A DNA stretch of 64,000 nucleotides from Nocardioides sp. (GCF_036374615.1 NZ_DASUTK010000100.1:5103-69102), one strand, 5' to 3'. Positions 48,069-58,260 are shown, numbered from the stretch's first letter. Notes: generated from the letters alone by a model not told the origin. A program made the numbers and translations.

Positions 48069-48731
48069 TCATCGGCGTCGCGCCAGGGTGACGCCGTCCG
48101 CGAGCGGGAGCAGGCACATCGTGACCCGTTCGTCCGATGCCAGCTTCGCATTGAGCGCGCGAATGGCCGCTGTGTCCGCGTCGTCGGCGCCGTCCTCGAT
48201 CACCTTGCCGCCCCACAGGGTGTTGTCCAGCGCGATCAGCCCACCCGGACGGATCAGGCGGAGACAGCGTTCGTAGTACCCGTCGTAGCCGGCCTTGTCA
48301 GCGTCGATGAACGCGAGGTCGAACGTGCCTTCCTCGCCGGAGGCGATCAGCTCGTCCAGGGTGTCGGAGGCTGGTGCGATGCGGAGGTCGATCTTGTCCC
48401 TGACGCCCGCCTCGCGCCAGTACGTGCGCGCCAGCGCGGTCCACTCCTCAGAGACGTCACAACACACGACCTGGCCGCCGTCCGGGAGAGCGAGCGCCAC
48501 GGCCGTGGAGGAGTATCCGGTGAACGTGCCGACCTCGATGCACCGGTGCGCACCGAGCAGCTCGACCAGGAGGGCGAGGAACGCGCCCTGCTCGGGTGCG
48601 ACCTGCATGCCGTGCTGGGGGATCGCTGCGGTCTCCGCGCGCAGCCGGGCGAGGACGTCGGGTTCCCGCGTGCCCAGCTGGAGCACGTACGCCGCGAGCT
48701 CGTCAGAGATGCCGATCGTCTTGTTGGCCAT
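48069..48731 (-). CDS. Class I SAM-dependent O-methyltransferase (caffeoyl-CoA OMT type)
   Basis: IEVGTFTGYS, FIDADK, LDNTLWGG, DGVTL; ATG 7 nt after TAGAGT. Confidence 0.92.
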   Translation of the reverse strand: MANKTIGISDELAAYVLQLGTREPDVLARLRAETAAIPQHGMQVAPEQGAFLALLVELLGAHRCIEVGTFTGYSSTAVALALPDGGQVVCCDVSEEWTALARTYWREAGVRDKIDLRIAPASDTLDELIASGEEGTFDLAFIDADKAGYDGYYERCLRLIRPGGLIALDNTLWGGKVIEDGADDADTAAIRALNAKLASDERVTMCLLPLADGVTLARRR

Positions 48732-48875
48732 GGACGCGACTCTAGTTGCGCGTCGGCGGTGGGTTTGACGTCGAGCAGGGTGCTGCTTGTCCCGGACAGC
48801 TGACGGGGTCAGACTGGTACGAGGCGGTCTGACGACCGCACGGGCGTCAGACACGACCCTCTCGAGGTGAGTGTG

Positions 48876-49583
48876 ATGAGGCACGGAGAATCCCTGGCCC
48901 TGACCATCGAGGCGACGCAACGGTCTCTGGACGGGCGACTGCGCGAGGCTGTGATGCCCCACAGCGACCCGCTCCGGCCGCGCGACAACTACGCGGCGAC
49001 CGACACGTTCATGGCCGCGACCAGCCGGCACCTGGCTGCCGTCGAGGCCGTCGTGCTGCCGTCGGTGCGCCGCACCGTCCCGGACGGCGCGGCGCTCGTC
49101 CACGACTACGTCCACGCGGCTCGACAGCTCGAGCACACTCTCGCCCTGATCAAGGGGCGGTTGTACGGCGAGGCCTACGCGGTGCACCTCGCGTGGCCGA
49201 CGCTGTGGGACACCGTTCGCACCCAGCTGGCCGAGCACAACCGGATCGAGCGTCAGATGGTGGAGGAGCTGATCGGATACGGCGATCCGACGGACGTCGA
49301 GGCGCTACCCCGCAAGGTCTTCGAAGCGGAGACCCACGGGCCTACCCGGCCGCACCCGGTGTTGCCGCACACCGGCTTCCTCGGCCTCGTGGCCCGCCGC
49401 ATCTGGACCCTGGCGGACCGGTTCTGGGACAGCGCCGAGGGTCGCGTCATCCCCGAGCCCGTCCACCCCGCCCATCACCGTCACGACAGCCTGATGGCGC
49501 AGTACCTCGTCGCGGATCCGCAGTTCGACGCCGACGCCACGATCTTGGAGCACCGGCATCCCCGCCACGGGCGGCCCGCCTAG
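48876..49583 (+). CDS. Hemerythrin-like (HHE) helical protein
   Basis: H...E and H...E pairs (SRHLAAVE, EHNRIE) and PTRPHP motif; RBS GAGGTG. Confidence 0.55.
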   Translation: MRHGESLALTIEATQRSLDGRLREAVMPHSDPLRPRDNYAATDTFMAATSRHLAAVEAVVLPSVRRTVPDGAALVHDYVHAARQLEHTLALIKGRLYGEAYAVHLAWPTLWDTVRTQLAEHNRIERQMVEELIGYGDPTDVEALPRKVFEAETHGPTRPHPVLPHTGFLGLVARRIWTLADRFWDSAEGRVIPEPVHPAHHRHDSLMAQYLVADPQFDADATILEHRHPRHGRPA

Positions 49584-49606
49584 CAGCACCACCACCGCCG
49601 TCGACG

Positions 49607-50584
49607 TCAGCTGGTCAGACTCCGAGTCCTGATGCTCGCGTCGACGTACGCCGCCACCCATCGCTCCAGCTCGTCGTACACCCTCGCCCGGGCTTCCGGC
49701 CGCGAAAGCACCACGTCGTGGCGTGCGCCGGGAATGGCGATGTAGGTGACGTGGCTGCCGATCGCGGTCGCCCAGCGCCGGATCTGCTCGACGTCGAGCA
49801 CGATGTCGGTGGTGTGGACGTCCTCGCCCATCTCCCGCGGCCACGTGGTGCGGTCGGAGGAGAGAACCAGGACGGGCACCGGGACGTCCAGCCCGGCCTG
49901 CAGCTTCGCGTGCGCGCGCCGCACGCCGGCCAGCCAGCCGACGTACACCGGGAACGAGTCGACGGGTTTCCACGTGAGGTCGAAGGTCCACTCCCCACCG
50001 TGCTCGACGTGGAGGCTGCGGGCGTAGAAGCCCTCGATCGTGCGCGGGATCGTCCGGCGGGGTGCGCGCTGGGCCAGACCCTTGAGGGCGGCCGTTCCGA
50101 TGGTCCGCATCAGGGCGCTGCCCTGGAGGTCGAGCCAGGGCGAGTTCAGCACGAGCGCGGTCAGCTGGGCGGGTCGGCGCTCGTCCGACCAGAGCGAGCA
50201 CGTGAGCCCGCCGGTGGAGTGGGCGCTCACGACCACCTGGTCGTGGCCGTCGCGGACCGTGATCCGGTGCCAGGCGGCGTCGATCTCGGCGAAGTGCTCC
50301 CGCAGGTCCGTCACGTAGTTGGCGAGCTGATGGGGAAGGAGCGATCGCCCGTACTTGCGCAGGTCGAGGGCGTAGAAGTCGTAGCCGCGCTCGACCCACC
50401 ACTGGCCGTAGTCGGTCTGGAAGAAGTAGTCGCAGAAGCCGTGCACCTGGAGCACCGCTTTGCCCGTGGGCTGGTCGGCACGACGCGACACGAGCGTCGC
50501 CACCACCGGACCGTCCTCGTCGGGCGGGAAGTGCATGGTCTCGGCGGTCCAGGGTTCGCCGAGCACGTCGGTGATCACTGCCAT
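49607..50584 (-). CDS. Alpha/beta hydrolase (lysophospholipase-like)
   Basis: VHGFCDYF, DLRKYGRS, AHSTGG, HDVVLS; ATG 6 nt after TACGAT. Confidence 0.88.
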   Translation of the reverse strand: MAVITDVLGEPWTAETMHFPPDEDGPVVATLVSRRADQPTGKAVLQVHGFCDYFFQTDYGQWWVERGYDFYALDLRKYGRSLLPHQLANYVTDLREHFAEIDAAWHRITVRDGHDQVVVSAHSTGGLTCSLWSDERRPAQLTALVLNSPWLDLQGSALMRTIGTAALKGLAQRAPRRTIPRTIEGFYARSLHVEHGGEWTFDLTWKPVDSFPVYVGWLAGVRRAHAKLQAGLDVPVPVLVLSSDRTTWPREMGEDVHTTDIVLDVEQIRRWATAIGSHVTYIAIPGARHDVVLSRPEARARVYDELERWVAAYVDASIRTRSLTS

Positions 50585-50605
50585 GGCCAGATCGTAGGGG
50601 AGGCG

Positions 50606-51316
50606 TCAGCCGCCCGCGGCCCGGACCAGCCCGCGCACCAGGGCGAGCTCGGTCCGCATCTCCGGGTGCCACTGGACGCCGACGCGGAACGTGTCACCCG
50701 CGGCCTCCATCGCCTCGGCCGTCCCGTCCTCGGCTCTGGCGGTGAACGTGAAGCCCGGCGCCTCGCGCACCGACTGGTGGTGGTGGCAGGCGACCTCGAC
50801 CTCGGGGCCGATCAGCGAGGCCAGCCGCGAGCCGGGCTCGATGCTGACCCGGGTGTCGCCGAACTCGTCGCCGCCGGGGGAGTGCTGCTCGTGCCCGACG
50901 AGCTCCGGCGTGTGCTGGTCGAGCGCGCCGCCGGCGTGGACCGCCATGAGCTGCATCCCGCGACACACCCCAAGCACCGGGAGCCTGGCGGCGTCGGCGG
51001 CATCCAGCAGCGCCAGCTCCCACGCATCGCGGTCGGGCCGCCAGCCAGCGGTGCGGTCGTGCGGCTCCTCGCCGTAGCGCGAGGGGTCGACGTCAGCCCC
51101 GCCGGACACGACGAGCCCGTCGAGCCGAGCGACCACTGCGGCGGCTGCGGCCGCGTCATCCGTGGCCGGCGGCAGCAGCAGCGGTACGCCGCCCGCCGCG
51201 ACCACCGTGTCGGCGTACTCGGCCTGCAGCACGTCGGCGCGCTGCTGCCACACTCCCCAGGCGGCCTGCTCGCGATAGGTGGTGAGCCCGATGACCGGGC
51301 GGTTCACGACGCTCAT
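50606..51316 (-). CDS. Gamma-glutamyl-amide hydrolase (PuuD/peptidase C26 family)
   Basis: SGGADVDP, GVCRGMQ, HHQ, GVQWHPE. Confidence 0.9.
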   Translation of the reverse strand: MSVVNRPVIGLTTYREQAAWGVWQQRADVLQAEYADTVVAAGGVPLLLPPATDDAAAAAAVVARLDGLVVSGGADVDPSRYGEEPHDRTAGWRPDRDAWELALLDAADAARLPVLGVCRGMQLMAVHAGGALDQHTPELVGHEQHSPGGDEFGDTRVSIEPGSRLASLIGPEVEVACHHHQSVREAPGFTFTARAEDGTAEAMEAAGDTFRVGVQWHPEMRTELALVRGLVRAAGG

Positions 51317-51317
51317 C

Positions 51318-52097
51318 TCAGAGGGGCGTCACGTACGCCGCGTGGATGCCCCCGTCCACCAGGAACGTGGTGGCGGTGATGAACGAGGACTCGTCCGACG
51401 CGAGGAACAGCACGGCGTTGGCCATCTCGCGTGGCTCGCCGAAACGTCCCATCGGCACGTGCACGAGCCGACGGGCCGCGCGCTCGGCGTCCTTCGCGAA
51501 GAGCTCCTGGAGCAGCGGCGTGTTCACCGGCCCGGGGCACAGCGCGTTGACGCGGATGCCCTGGCGGGCGAACTGCACACCGAGCTCGCGCGACATCGAC
51601 AGCACACCGCCCTTGCTGGCGGAGTAGGAGATCTGCGACGTCGCCGCTCCCATCACGGCCACGAACGAGGCAGTGTTGATGATCGAGCCGCTGCCCTGCT
51701 CGACCATGTGCGACAGCGCGGCCTTGCTGCACAGGTACACGCTGGTGAGGTTGACCTCCTGCACCCTGCGCCACGCGTCGAGGTCGGTGTCGAGGATCGA
51801 GGCGTCCTCCGGTGGGCTGATGCCGGCGTTGTTGAACGCGATGTCGACCGAGCCGTAGGTGTCCTTCGCCGTGGCGAACAGGGCATCAACGTCGTCCTTG
51901 CTCGTCACGTCGACGTGGGCGTACGTCGCGACGTGCTCGCCTCCGAGCTGGCCCACCAGAACCTTTCCGCGCTCGTCGTCGATGTCGCCGATGACGACCT
52001 TGGCGCCCTCCTCGACGAACCGCTCGACCGTCGCCAACCCGATGCCCGAGCAACCCCCGGTCACGACCGCCACCTTCCCCTCGATCCGGCCAGCCAT
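51318..52097 (-). CDS. Short-chain dehydrogenase/reductase
   Basis: TGGCSGIG, NNAG, YSASKGG, CPGPVNT. Confidence 0.92.
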   Translation of the reverse strand: MAGRIEGKVAVVTGGCSGIGLATVERFVEEGAKVVIGDIDDERGKVLVGQLGGEHVATYAHVDVTSKDDVDALFATAKDTYGSVDIAFNNAGISPPEDASILDTDLDAWRRVQEVNLTSVYLCSKAALSHMVEQGSGSIINTASFVAVMGAATSQISYSASKGGVLSMSRELGVQFARQGIRVNALCPGPVNTPLLQELFAKDAERAARRLVHVPMGRFGEPREMANAVLFLASDESSFITATTFLVDGGIHAAYVTPL

Positions 52098-52100
52098 GAG

Positions 52101-53468
52101 CTACTCCTCGTCCCGATCGGTGGCGATGAACACGTTCTTCTCCTCGGTGAAGGCCGCGGGAGCGTCCGGTCCCAGCTCACGGCCCAAGCCGGACTGCTTG
52201 TAGCCGCCGAACGGCGTCCAGTAGCGGACCGACGCGTGGGAGTTGACCGACAGGTTGCCGGCCTCCACCCCGCGTGCCACGCGGAGCGCGCGTCCGAGGT
52301 CGCTGGTGTAGATGGAGCCGGACAGCCCGTACTCTGTGTCGTTCGCGAGCGCGACGGCATGGTCCTCGTCGTCGAACGGCATCATCGCCACCACGGGGCC
52401 GAACACCTCCTCACGCCACACCGGCTCCTCGGTCGACCTGGACTCGACCACGGTCGGCGGCAGCCACCAGCCCGGCCCGTCAGGTGCGCGGCCGGTGAAG
52501 GCGACCGACGCGCCATCGATGTAGCGCTGCACCGAGTCGCGCTGTGACGCCGACACCATCGGCCCCATCTCGCTGGCGTCGGCCGACGGGTCCTCGACCC
52601 GCAGCGACGCGACGGCGTCCTGGAACCGGCCGACGAACTCGTCGTACGCGCTGCGTTGCACGAGGATCCGCGACCGGGCGCAGCAGTCCTGACCGGCGTT
52701 GTCGAAGACGGCGTACGGCGCAGCGGCGGCCGCCTTCGCGAGGTCGGCGTCGGCGAACACGATGTTCGCGCTCTTGCCGCCGAGCTCGAGCGTCACCCGC
52801 TTCACCTGCAGGGCACAGCCGGCCATGATCTGCTGACCCACCTCGGTCGAGCCGGTGAAGCTGACCTTGCGGACGAGCGGGTTCGTGACGAACCGCTGAC
52901 CCACGACGGAGCCCTTCCCGGGGATCACGGTGAACACGCCCTCGGGCAGTCCCGCCTCGCGACCGAGCTCGGCGAGCCGGATCGCCGTCAGCGGAGTGAT
53001 CTCCGCCGGCTTGAGGACGACGGTGTTGCCTGCCGCGAGGGCCGGCGCGAGACCCCAGCCCGCGATCGGCATCGGGAAGTTCCAGGGCACGATGATACCG
53101 ACCACGCCGAGTGGTTCGTGGAACGTGATGTCGACCCCGCCGGCGACCGGGATCTGCTTGCCCATCAGGCGCTCGGGGGCGCCGGCGTAGTAGTTGAGGC
53201 AGTCGCGGACGTTCCCGGCCTCCCAGCGGGCATTGCCGATGGTGTGGCCGGCATTGGCGACCTCGATGCGCGCGAGCTCCTCGATGTGCGCCTCGACGTT
53301 CGCCGCGAAGGCACGCAACAGCCGGGCGCGCTCGCCCGGGGCGACCGCCCGCCACGACGTGAACGCCTCGTGCGCCCGCTCGATGGCTGCGTCGGTCTCT
53401 CGCTCGTCGAGGGACGGGACCTCGACGTCGAGCGGAGCCTCGGTCGCCGGGTTGATCAACGTGGTCAT
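52101..53468 (-). CDS. Aldehyde dehydrogenase
   Basis: PWNFP, FTGSTEVG, LELGGKS, AGQDCC, EEVFGPV. Confidence 0.95.
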   Translation of the reverse strand: MTTLINPATEAPLDVEVPSLDERETDAAIERAHEAFTSWRAVAPGERARLLRAFAANVEAHIEELARIEVANAGHTIGNARWEAGNVRDCLNYYAGAPERLMGKQIPVAGGVDITFHEPLGVVGIIVPWNFPMPIAGWGLAPALAAGNTVVLKPAEITPLTAIRLAELGREAGLPEGVFTVIPGKGSVVGQRFVTNPLVRKVSFTGSTEVGQQIMAGCALQVKRVTLELGGKSANIVFADADLAKAAAAAPYAVFDNAGQDCCARSRILVQRSAYDEFVGRFQDAVASLRVEDPSADASEMGPMVSASQRDSVQRYIDGASVAFTGRAPDGPGWWLPPTVVESRSTEEPVWREEVFGPVVAMMPFDDEDHAVALANDTEYGLSGSIYTSDLGRALRVARGVEAGNLSVNSHASVRYWTPFGGYKQSGLGRELGPDAPAAFTEEKNVFIATDRDEE

Positions 53469-53477
53469 GTGGTGGTG

Positions 53478-54839
53478 TTACATCCTCTCGAAGCCGCGCA
53501 CGAGCTCCCAGTCGGTCACGGCCGTGTCGAACGCCGCGAGCTCGACGTCGGCCATGTTGGTGTAGTGGTCGACGACCTCGTCGCCGAAGGCGGTCCGGGC
53601 CAGGTCTGACGTGGCGAACGCATCGCGTGCCTCGCGCAGGGTCGAGGGCACATGCTCCTTGTCAGAGATGTAGGCGTTGCCGACCAGCTCCTCTTCCAGG
53701 ACCAGCTCCTGCTCGATCCCGTGCAGCCCGCCGGCCAGCATCGCCGCCAGCGACAGGTGGGGGTTGACGTCGGCACCGGGAACCCGGTTCTCCATCCGCG
53801 CGGACGGGCCGTGTCCGACGAGTCGGACCGCGCAAGTGCGGTTGTCGTTCCCCCACGCGATCGCGGTCGGCGCGAAGGATCCCGGGGCGAACCGCTTGTA
53901 GGAGTTGACGTTCGGCGCGTACAGGAGCGTGAAGTCGCGCATCGTGGCGAGGACGCCCGCGACGAAGGAGTCGTAAAGGGCAGAGCGCCGGTCGCCGTCC
54001 CAGAAGACGGTCGAGCCGTCGAGACCGCGCAGGGAGAGGTGGATGTGGCAGGAGGACCCCTCGCGCTCGTTGAACTTCGCCATGAACGTGATCGACTTGC
54101 CGTGCTGGGAGGCGATCTCCTTCGCGGAGGTCTTGTAGACGCTGTGGTTGTCGGCCGTGACCAGTGCGTCGGCGTACAGGAACCCGATCTCGTGCTGGCC
54201 GAGGTTGCACTCGCCCTTCGCCCCCTCGACGTCGAGGCCGGCGAGGTACATGTGGTTGCGGATGTCGCGCAGCAGGGGCTCGACCCTGGACGTGCCGAGC
54301 AGCGAGTAGTCGACGTTGTACTGGTTCGACGGCACCAGATCGCGGTAGCGCTTGTTCCACGCCTCCTCGTAGGGCGTGTCGAACACGATGAACTCCAGCT
54401 CGGTGCCCGCCAGCGCCTGCCAGCCGCCTGCGCGCGCCCGCTCGAGCTGGGTCTTCAGCACCGTCCGAGGAGACTGGACCACGGGGGCGTGGTCGAGCCA
54501 CACGAGGTCGCACTGGACCATGGCGGTTCCGGGCAGGTGGGGGAGCATCCGCAGCGTGTCGTAGTCGGGCACGAACTCCATGTCCCCGTAGCCCTTGTCC
54601 CACGAGGACATCTCGTAACCGGCGACCGTGTTCATGTCGACGTCGACGGCGAGCAGGTAGTTGCAACCCTCCGTGCCGTGCTCGAGCGCCACGTCGAGGA
54701 AGTACGACGCGTGCAACCGCTTCCCTTGCAGCCGACCCTGCATGTCGGTGAACGCCAGCACGACGGTGTCGACCTCCGCCGCGTCGATCTTCTGCCGCAG
54801 GTCGTCCAACGTGAGGAACCGCTTGTTCGGTGCGGTCAT
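53478..54839 (-). CDS. glnA4: Glutamine-synthetase-like gamma-glutamyl-amine ligase (GlnA4 type)
   Basis: DMQGRLQGK, EGCNYLL, GTELEF, GQHEI, SSCHIHLSL, NRTCAVR, ENRVPGADVNP; cluster resembles mycobacterial glnA4 neighbourhood. Confidence 0.78.
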   Translation of the reverse strand: MTAPNKRFLTLDDLRQKIDAAEVDTVVLAFTDMQGRLQGKRLHASYFLDVALEHGTEGCNYLLAVDVDMNTVAGYEMSSWDKGYGDMEFVPDYDTLRMLPHLPGTAMVQCDLVWLDHAPVVQSPRTVLKTQLERARAGGWQALAGTELEFIVFDTPYEEAWNKRYRDLVPSNQYNVDYSLLGTSRVEPLLRDIRNHMYLAGLDVEGAKGECNLGQHEIGFLYADALVTADNHSVYKTSAKEIASQHGKSITFMAKFNEREGSSCHIHLSLRGLDGSTVFWDGDRRSALYDSFVAGVLATMRDFTLLYAPNVNSYKRFAPGSFAPTAIAWGNDNRTCAVRLVGHGPSARMENRVPGADVNPHLSLAAMLAGGLHGIEQELVLEEELVGNAYISDKEHVPSTLREARDAFATSDLARTAFGDEVVDHYTNMADVELAAFDTAVTDWELVRGFERM

Positions 54840-54884
54840 GTCGTCTCCAGTCCGATCGGTCCGGTCGAGGTCATCCGAGTCCCG

Positions 54885-55619
54885 TCATCCGAGGAAGGCT
54901 CGCAGCAGCGCCGCGGTGTCGTCGCAGTGCTGTTCCATCACCCGGCGAGCGCGGTCGGCCCGGCCCTTCACGATGGCGGTCGTGAGGTCGCGGTGCTGCC
55001 GGTGGCTGTGGCTGATGTTGGCGCCGAGGAACGGGATCGAGAGCAGCATCTCGTGCAGCGAGGACTGCACCGACGTGACCGCCTCGACGGTGCGCGCCGA
55101 GCCGCTGAGCGCAGCCACCGTGAGGTGGAACCGGGAATCGGCCTGCCGATGGTCGCCGGGCCGCTTCGCACCGGCGACGGCGTCGTGCGCCGCCTGCAGG
55201 CTGGCGCTCTGGTCCGGATCGAGGTCCGCCTCGGCAGCAAGGGCCGCTGCGCCAGGCTCCACGATTCGCCGGAAGTCGAGAGCGTCGAGCCAGTCGCGGC
55301 GCTGGGCCGGCGTGACCCGGGCCGCGCGACGCGCGAAGCTGCCACGGCCGCGCCGGGTGACCACCGTGCCACCTCCGCGTCCCCGCGTCGTCTCGACCAG
55401 TCCCGCCTCTCGCAGCGCCGCCATCGCCTCGCGCAGCGTGGCCCGGCTGACGCCGAGCCTGGTGGCGAGCTCGCGCTCGGCGGGGAGTGTGCTCCCGGTC
55501 GGGTAGACCCCGAGCCGGATCGCGGTGGCAAGCTGCTCGACGCACGCTTCGAAGGCGTGATGGCCGCGCACCGGGCGCAGCACTGCACCGGTCAGGTGCT
55601 CGAGCGGCTGGGCAGTCAC
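54885..55619 (-). CDS. GntR/FadR-family regulator
   Basis: LPAERELATRLGVSRATLREA wHTH plus FCD domain (DSRFHL, HRQH). Confidence 0.92.
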   Translation of the reverse strand: MTAQPLEHLTGAVLRPVRGHHAFEACVEQLATAIRLGVYPTGSTLPAERELATRLGVSRATLREAMAALREAGLVETTRGRGGGTVVTRRGRGSFARRAARVTPAQRRDWLDALDFRRIVEPGAAALAAEADLDPDQSASLQAAHDAVAGAKRPGDHRQADSRFHLTVAALSGSARTVEAVTSVQSSLHEMLLSIPFLGANISHSHRQHRDLTTAIVKGRADRARRVMEQHCDDTAALLRAFLG

Positions 55620-55625
55620 TGGGTC

Positions 55626-55696
55626 AGTCTCGTGAGGGTTGGTTCGGACGTCAATGGTCGGAGTTCATACCATTTCTAAGGTCGGAGTTCAGACCA
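55626..55696. promoter_or_regulatory. gntR promoter (TTGACG-N17-GAGACT, minus strand) and two FadR-type operator repeats
   Basis: -35 at 55649-55654, -10 at 55626-55631; tggtcggagttcatacca (55655-55672) and aggtcggagttcagacca (55679-55696). Confidence 0.68.
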
Positions 55697-55780
55697 ATTT
55701 GATCACAACTATGGACCGGTGACCGTCGGCGGGTCTAGCCTCCCGCGATGGGGGCGCGACCGTGCCCGGGGAGGTATCCG

Positions 55781-57358
55781 ATGGCAGAGCTCAAGAACAT
55801 GAACGACGACGAGAAGCACCTCGCGAAGCTCGGGTACAGCCAGGAGCTCAACCGATCCTGGTCGGGGTTCTCCAACTTCGCCATCTCGTTCTCGATCATC
55901 TCGATCCTGGCGGGTTGCTTCACCAACTTCGGCGCCGGCTTCAACAACGGCGGTCCGATCTCGATCTCCTGGTCCTGGCCGATCCTGGGCCTGTTCATCC
56001 TGCTCATCGGCTTCACGATGAGTGAGCTCGTCTCGTCGTACCCGACATCCGGCGGCATCTACTGGTGGGCCGCCAAGCTCGGCGGGCCGGCAGCCGGGTT
56101 CTTCACCGGGTGGCTGAACCTGATCGGTCTGGTGGCCGTGACTGCCGGTGTCTCCTACGGATGCGCGACCTTCATCGACCTGACGATCAGCACCTACTCG
56201 GAGTCGTTCGCGGGCAGCTACTCGCTGACGCGCGTGTTCATCATCTTCGTGATCGTGCTCGGCCTCGCCGCGGTGCTGAACATCTTCAGCAGCCACCTGA
56301 TGGCGATCATGAACAACGTCTCCGTGTGGTGGCACGTCGTGGGCGCCTCGATCATCGTGGCGATCCTGATCTTCGTCCCGGACCAGCACCAGAGCTTCAG
56401 CTACGTCTTCACCGAGCGTTTCAACAACTCCGGTTACAGCGACGGCAGCACCACCAACCTGGCGTTCTGGTTCGCGATCGTGCCGTTCGGCTTCCTGCTG
56501 ACCCAGTACACGATCACCGGGTTCGACGCGTGTGCCCACCTGTCGGAGGAGACGTCCGAGGCGTCCCAGGCTGCAGCCAAGGGCATCTGGCGCTCGATCT
56601 TCTACTCGGTGCTCGGCGGCTACATCCTGCTGCTGTGCGTGGTCTTCGCCATTCCCAACAACGCGGAGGGCCAACCCGACAACGCCCTGGCCGGCGGCGG
56701 TGTGGCGGGGATCTTCGTGGAGTCCCTGGGCACGAACTGGGCCACCCTCGTGCTGTTCATCTCGGCGTCGGCGCAGTTCTTCTGCGCCACGTCCTGCATG
56801 ACGTCGGCTTCCCGGATGACGTTCGCCTTCAGCCGCGACGGCGCCATCCCTGGCTCGAACTGGCTCAAGAAGCTCACGTCGCTGCGAGTGCCGGCGAACG
56901 CCGTCATGATGGTGGGCGTGGCGGCGGCCGTGCTCACGCTGCCCGCGCTGATCGAGGTGGACGTCAACGGCACCCCGGTGCCACTGGCGTTCTACGCGGT
57001 GACGTCGATCGCCGTGATCGGTCTGTACCTCGCGTTCGCGATCCCGATCTTCCTGCGCTGGCGGCACGGCGACCGGTTCGAGGTCGGGTCGTGGAACAAC
57101 GGGTCCAAGTACAAGTGGATGAACCCCATCGCGGTCGCCGAGATCCTGTTCGTCTCGATCATGCTGATGATGCCGTCCACGCCTGCGGCGAACCCGTTCC
57201 GTGACGAGTTCGAGTGGAAGTTCGTCAACTACGCGCCGATCGTCACGGTGGGCGCGCTGATCCTGCTGACGATCTGGTGGCACGCATCGGCCAAGCACTG
57301 GTTCACCGGGCCGAAGCACACCATCGACGAGGCCGTCATCGAGGCCTTCGACGGGTGA
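55781..57358 (+). CDS. APC-superfamily amino acid/amine permease
   Basis: FSNFAISFSIIS, YPTSGGIYWW, GFDACAHLSEET, RMTFAFSRDG; about 12 TM; RBS GGAGG. Confidence 0.92.
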   Translation: MAELKNMNDDEKHLAKLGYSQELNRSWSGFSNFAISFSIISILAGCFTNFGAGFNNGGPISISWSWPILGLFILLIGFTMSELVSSYPTSGGIYWWAAKLGGPAAGFFTGWLNLIGLVAVTAGVSYGCATFIDLTISTYSESFAGSYSLTRVFIIFVIVLGLAAVLNIFSSHLMAIMNNVSVWWHVVGASIIVAILIFVPDQHQSFSYVFTERFNNSGYSDGSTTNLAFWFAIVPFGFLLTQYTITGFDACAHLSEETSEASQAAAKGIWRSIFYSVLGGYILLLCVVFAIPNNAEGQPDNALAGGGVAGIFVESLGTNWATLVLFISASAQFFCATSCMTSASRMTFAFSRDGAIPGSNWLKKLTSLRVPANAVMMVGVAAAVLTLPALIEVDVNGTPVPLAFYAVTSIAVIGLYLAFAIPIFLRWRHGDRFEVGSWNNGSKYKWMNPIAVAEILFVSIMLMMPSTPAANPFRDEFEWKFVNYAPIVTVGALILLTIWWHASAKHWFTGPKHTIDEAVIEAFDG

Positions 57359-58260
57359 GCCCGGACGGGCTCGACGAGCTCCTTGACCAGGTACCCCGCC
57401 TCCGCGGGCGGGTCCGGGTCGAGGAGCTGGCGGGCGGGTTGACCAACCGCAACTACCGGGTGGTGACACCGGACGGCGACTACGTCGTCCGCTGCAGCAG
57501 CAGCGACGCGGCCCTGCTCGGCATCGACCGCGACGCCGAGCACGCCAACACCCGGGCTGCGCACACAGCCGGCGTCGGCGCACCGGTGCACGAGTACCGT
57601 CCCGACCTCGGCATGCTGGTCGTCGGGTACCTCTCCGGTACCACCTTGCAGAACGAGGACTTCGCCGACCCAGGCGTGCTCCAGCGCGCGGCCGACGCCT
57701 GCCGGCGCCTGCACGCCGGCCCCCGGTTCACCGGGGAGTTCGACATGTTCGCGCGCCAGGCGTCGTACCTCCGGACGGTCCGCGAGCAGGGGTTTCCTGT
57801 CCCACCCGGGTACGACGACCACGCGGAGGCCTGGGCGCAGGTCCGAGGGGTCGTGGAGTCGCGGCAGCGAGTGACTGTGCCGTGCAACAACGACCTGCTG
57901 GCCGGCAACTTCATCGACGACGGCGAGCGCGTCTGGCTGATCGACTACGAGTACTCCGGCAACAACGACGTCGATTTCGAGCTCGGTAACACGTGCACCG
58001 AGTGCGAGTTCCCGCCAGAGCGGGTCGAGGCGTACGCCGAGGCCTACTACGGCTCTCCGACTCGCGGCGACGTCGCGCGCGTGCGGCTGGGCTCGTTGCG
58101 CAGCGAGTACGGCTGGTCGCTCTGGGGCTTCATCCAGGCAGCGTCGAGCCCGCTCGACTACGACTTCCACGAGTGGGGGATGCACCGGTACGAGAAGGCT
58201 TCGCGGACCTTCACCTCCGACGGCTTCGGTCGCCTGCTCGAGGAGGCCGCTGGTGACTGA
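57355..58260 (+). CDS. Choline/ethanolamine-kinase-family phosphotransferase
   Basis: GGLTNRNY, PCNNDLLAGNF, LIDYEYSG; 4-nt overlap with the permease gene. Confidence 0.85.
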   Translation: MSPDGLDELLDQVPRLRGRVRVEELAGGLTNRNYRVVTPDGDYVVRCSSSDAALLGIDRDAEHANTRAAHTAGVGAPVHEYRPDLGMLVVGYLSGTTLQNEDFADPGVLQRAADACRRLHAGPRFTGEFDMFARQASYLRTVREQGFPVPPGYDDHAEAWAQVRGVVESRQRVTVPCNNDLLAGNFIDDGERVWLIDYEYSGNNDVDFELGNTCTECEFPPERVEAYAEAYYGSPTRGDVARVRLGSLRSEYGWSLWGFIQAASSPLDYDFHEWGMHRYEKASRTFTSDGFGRLLEEAAGD

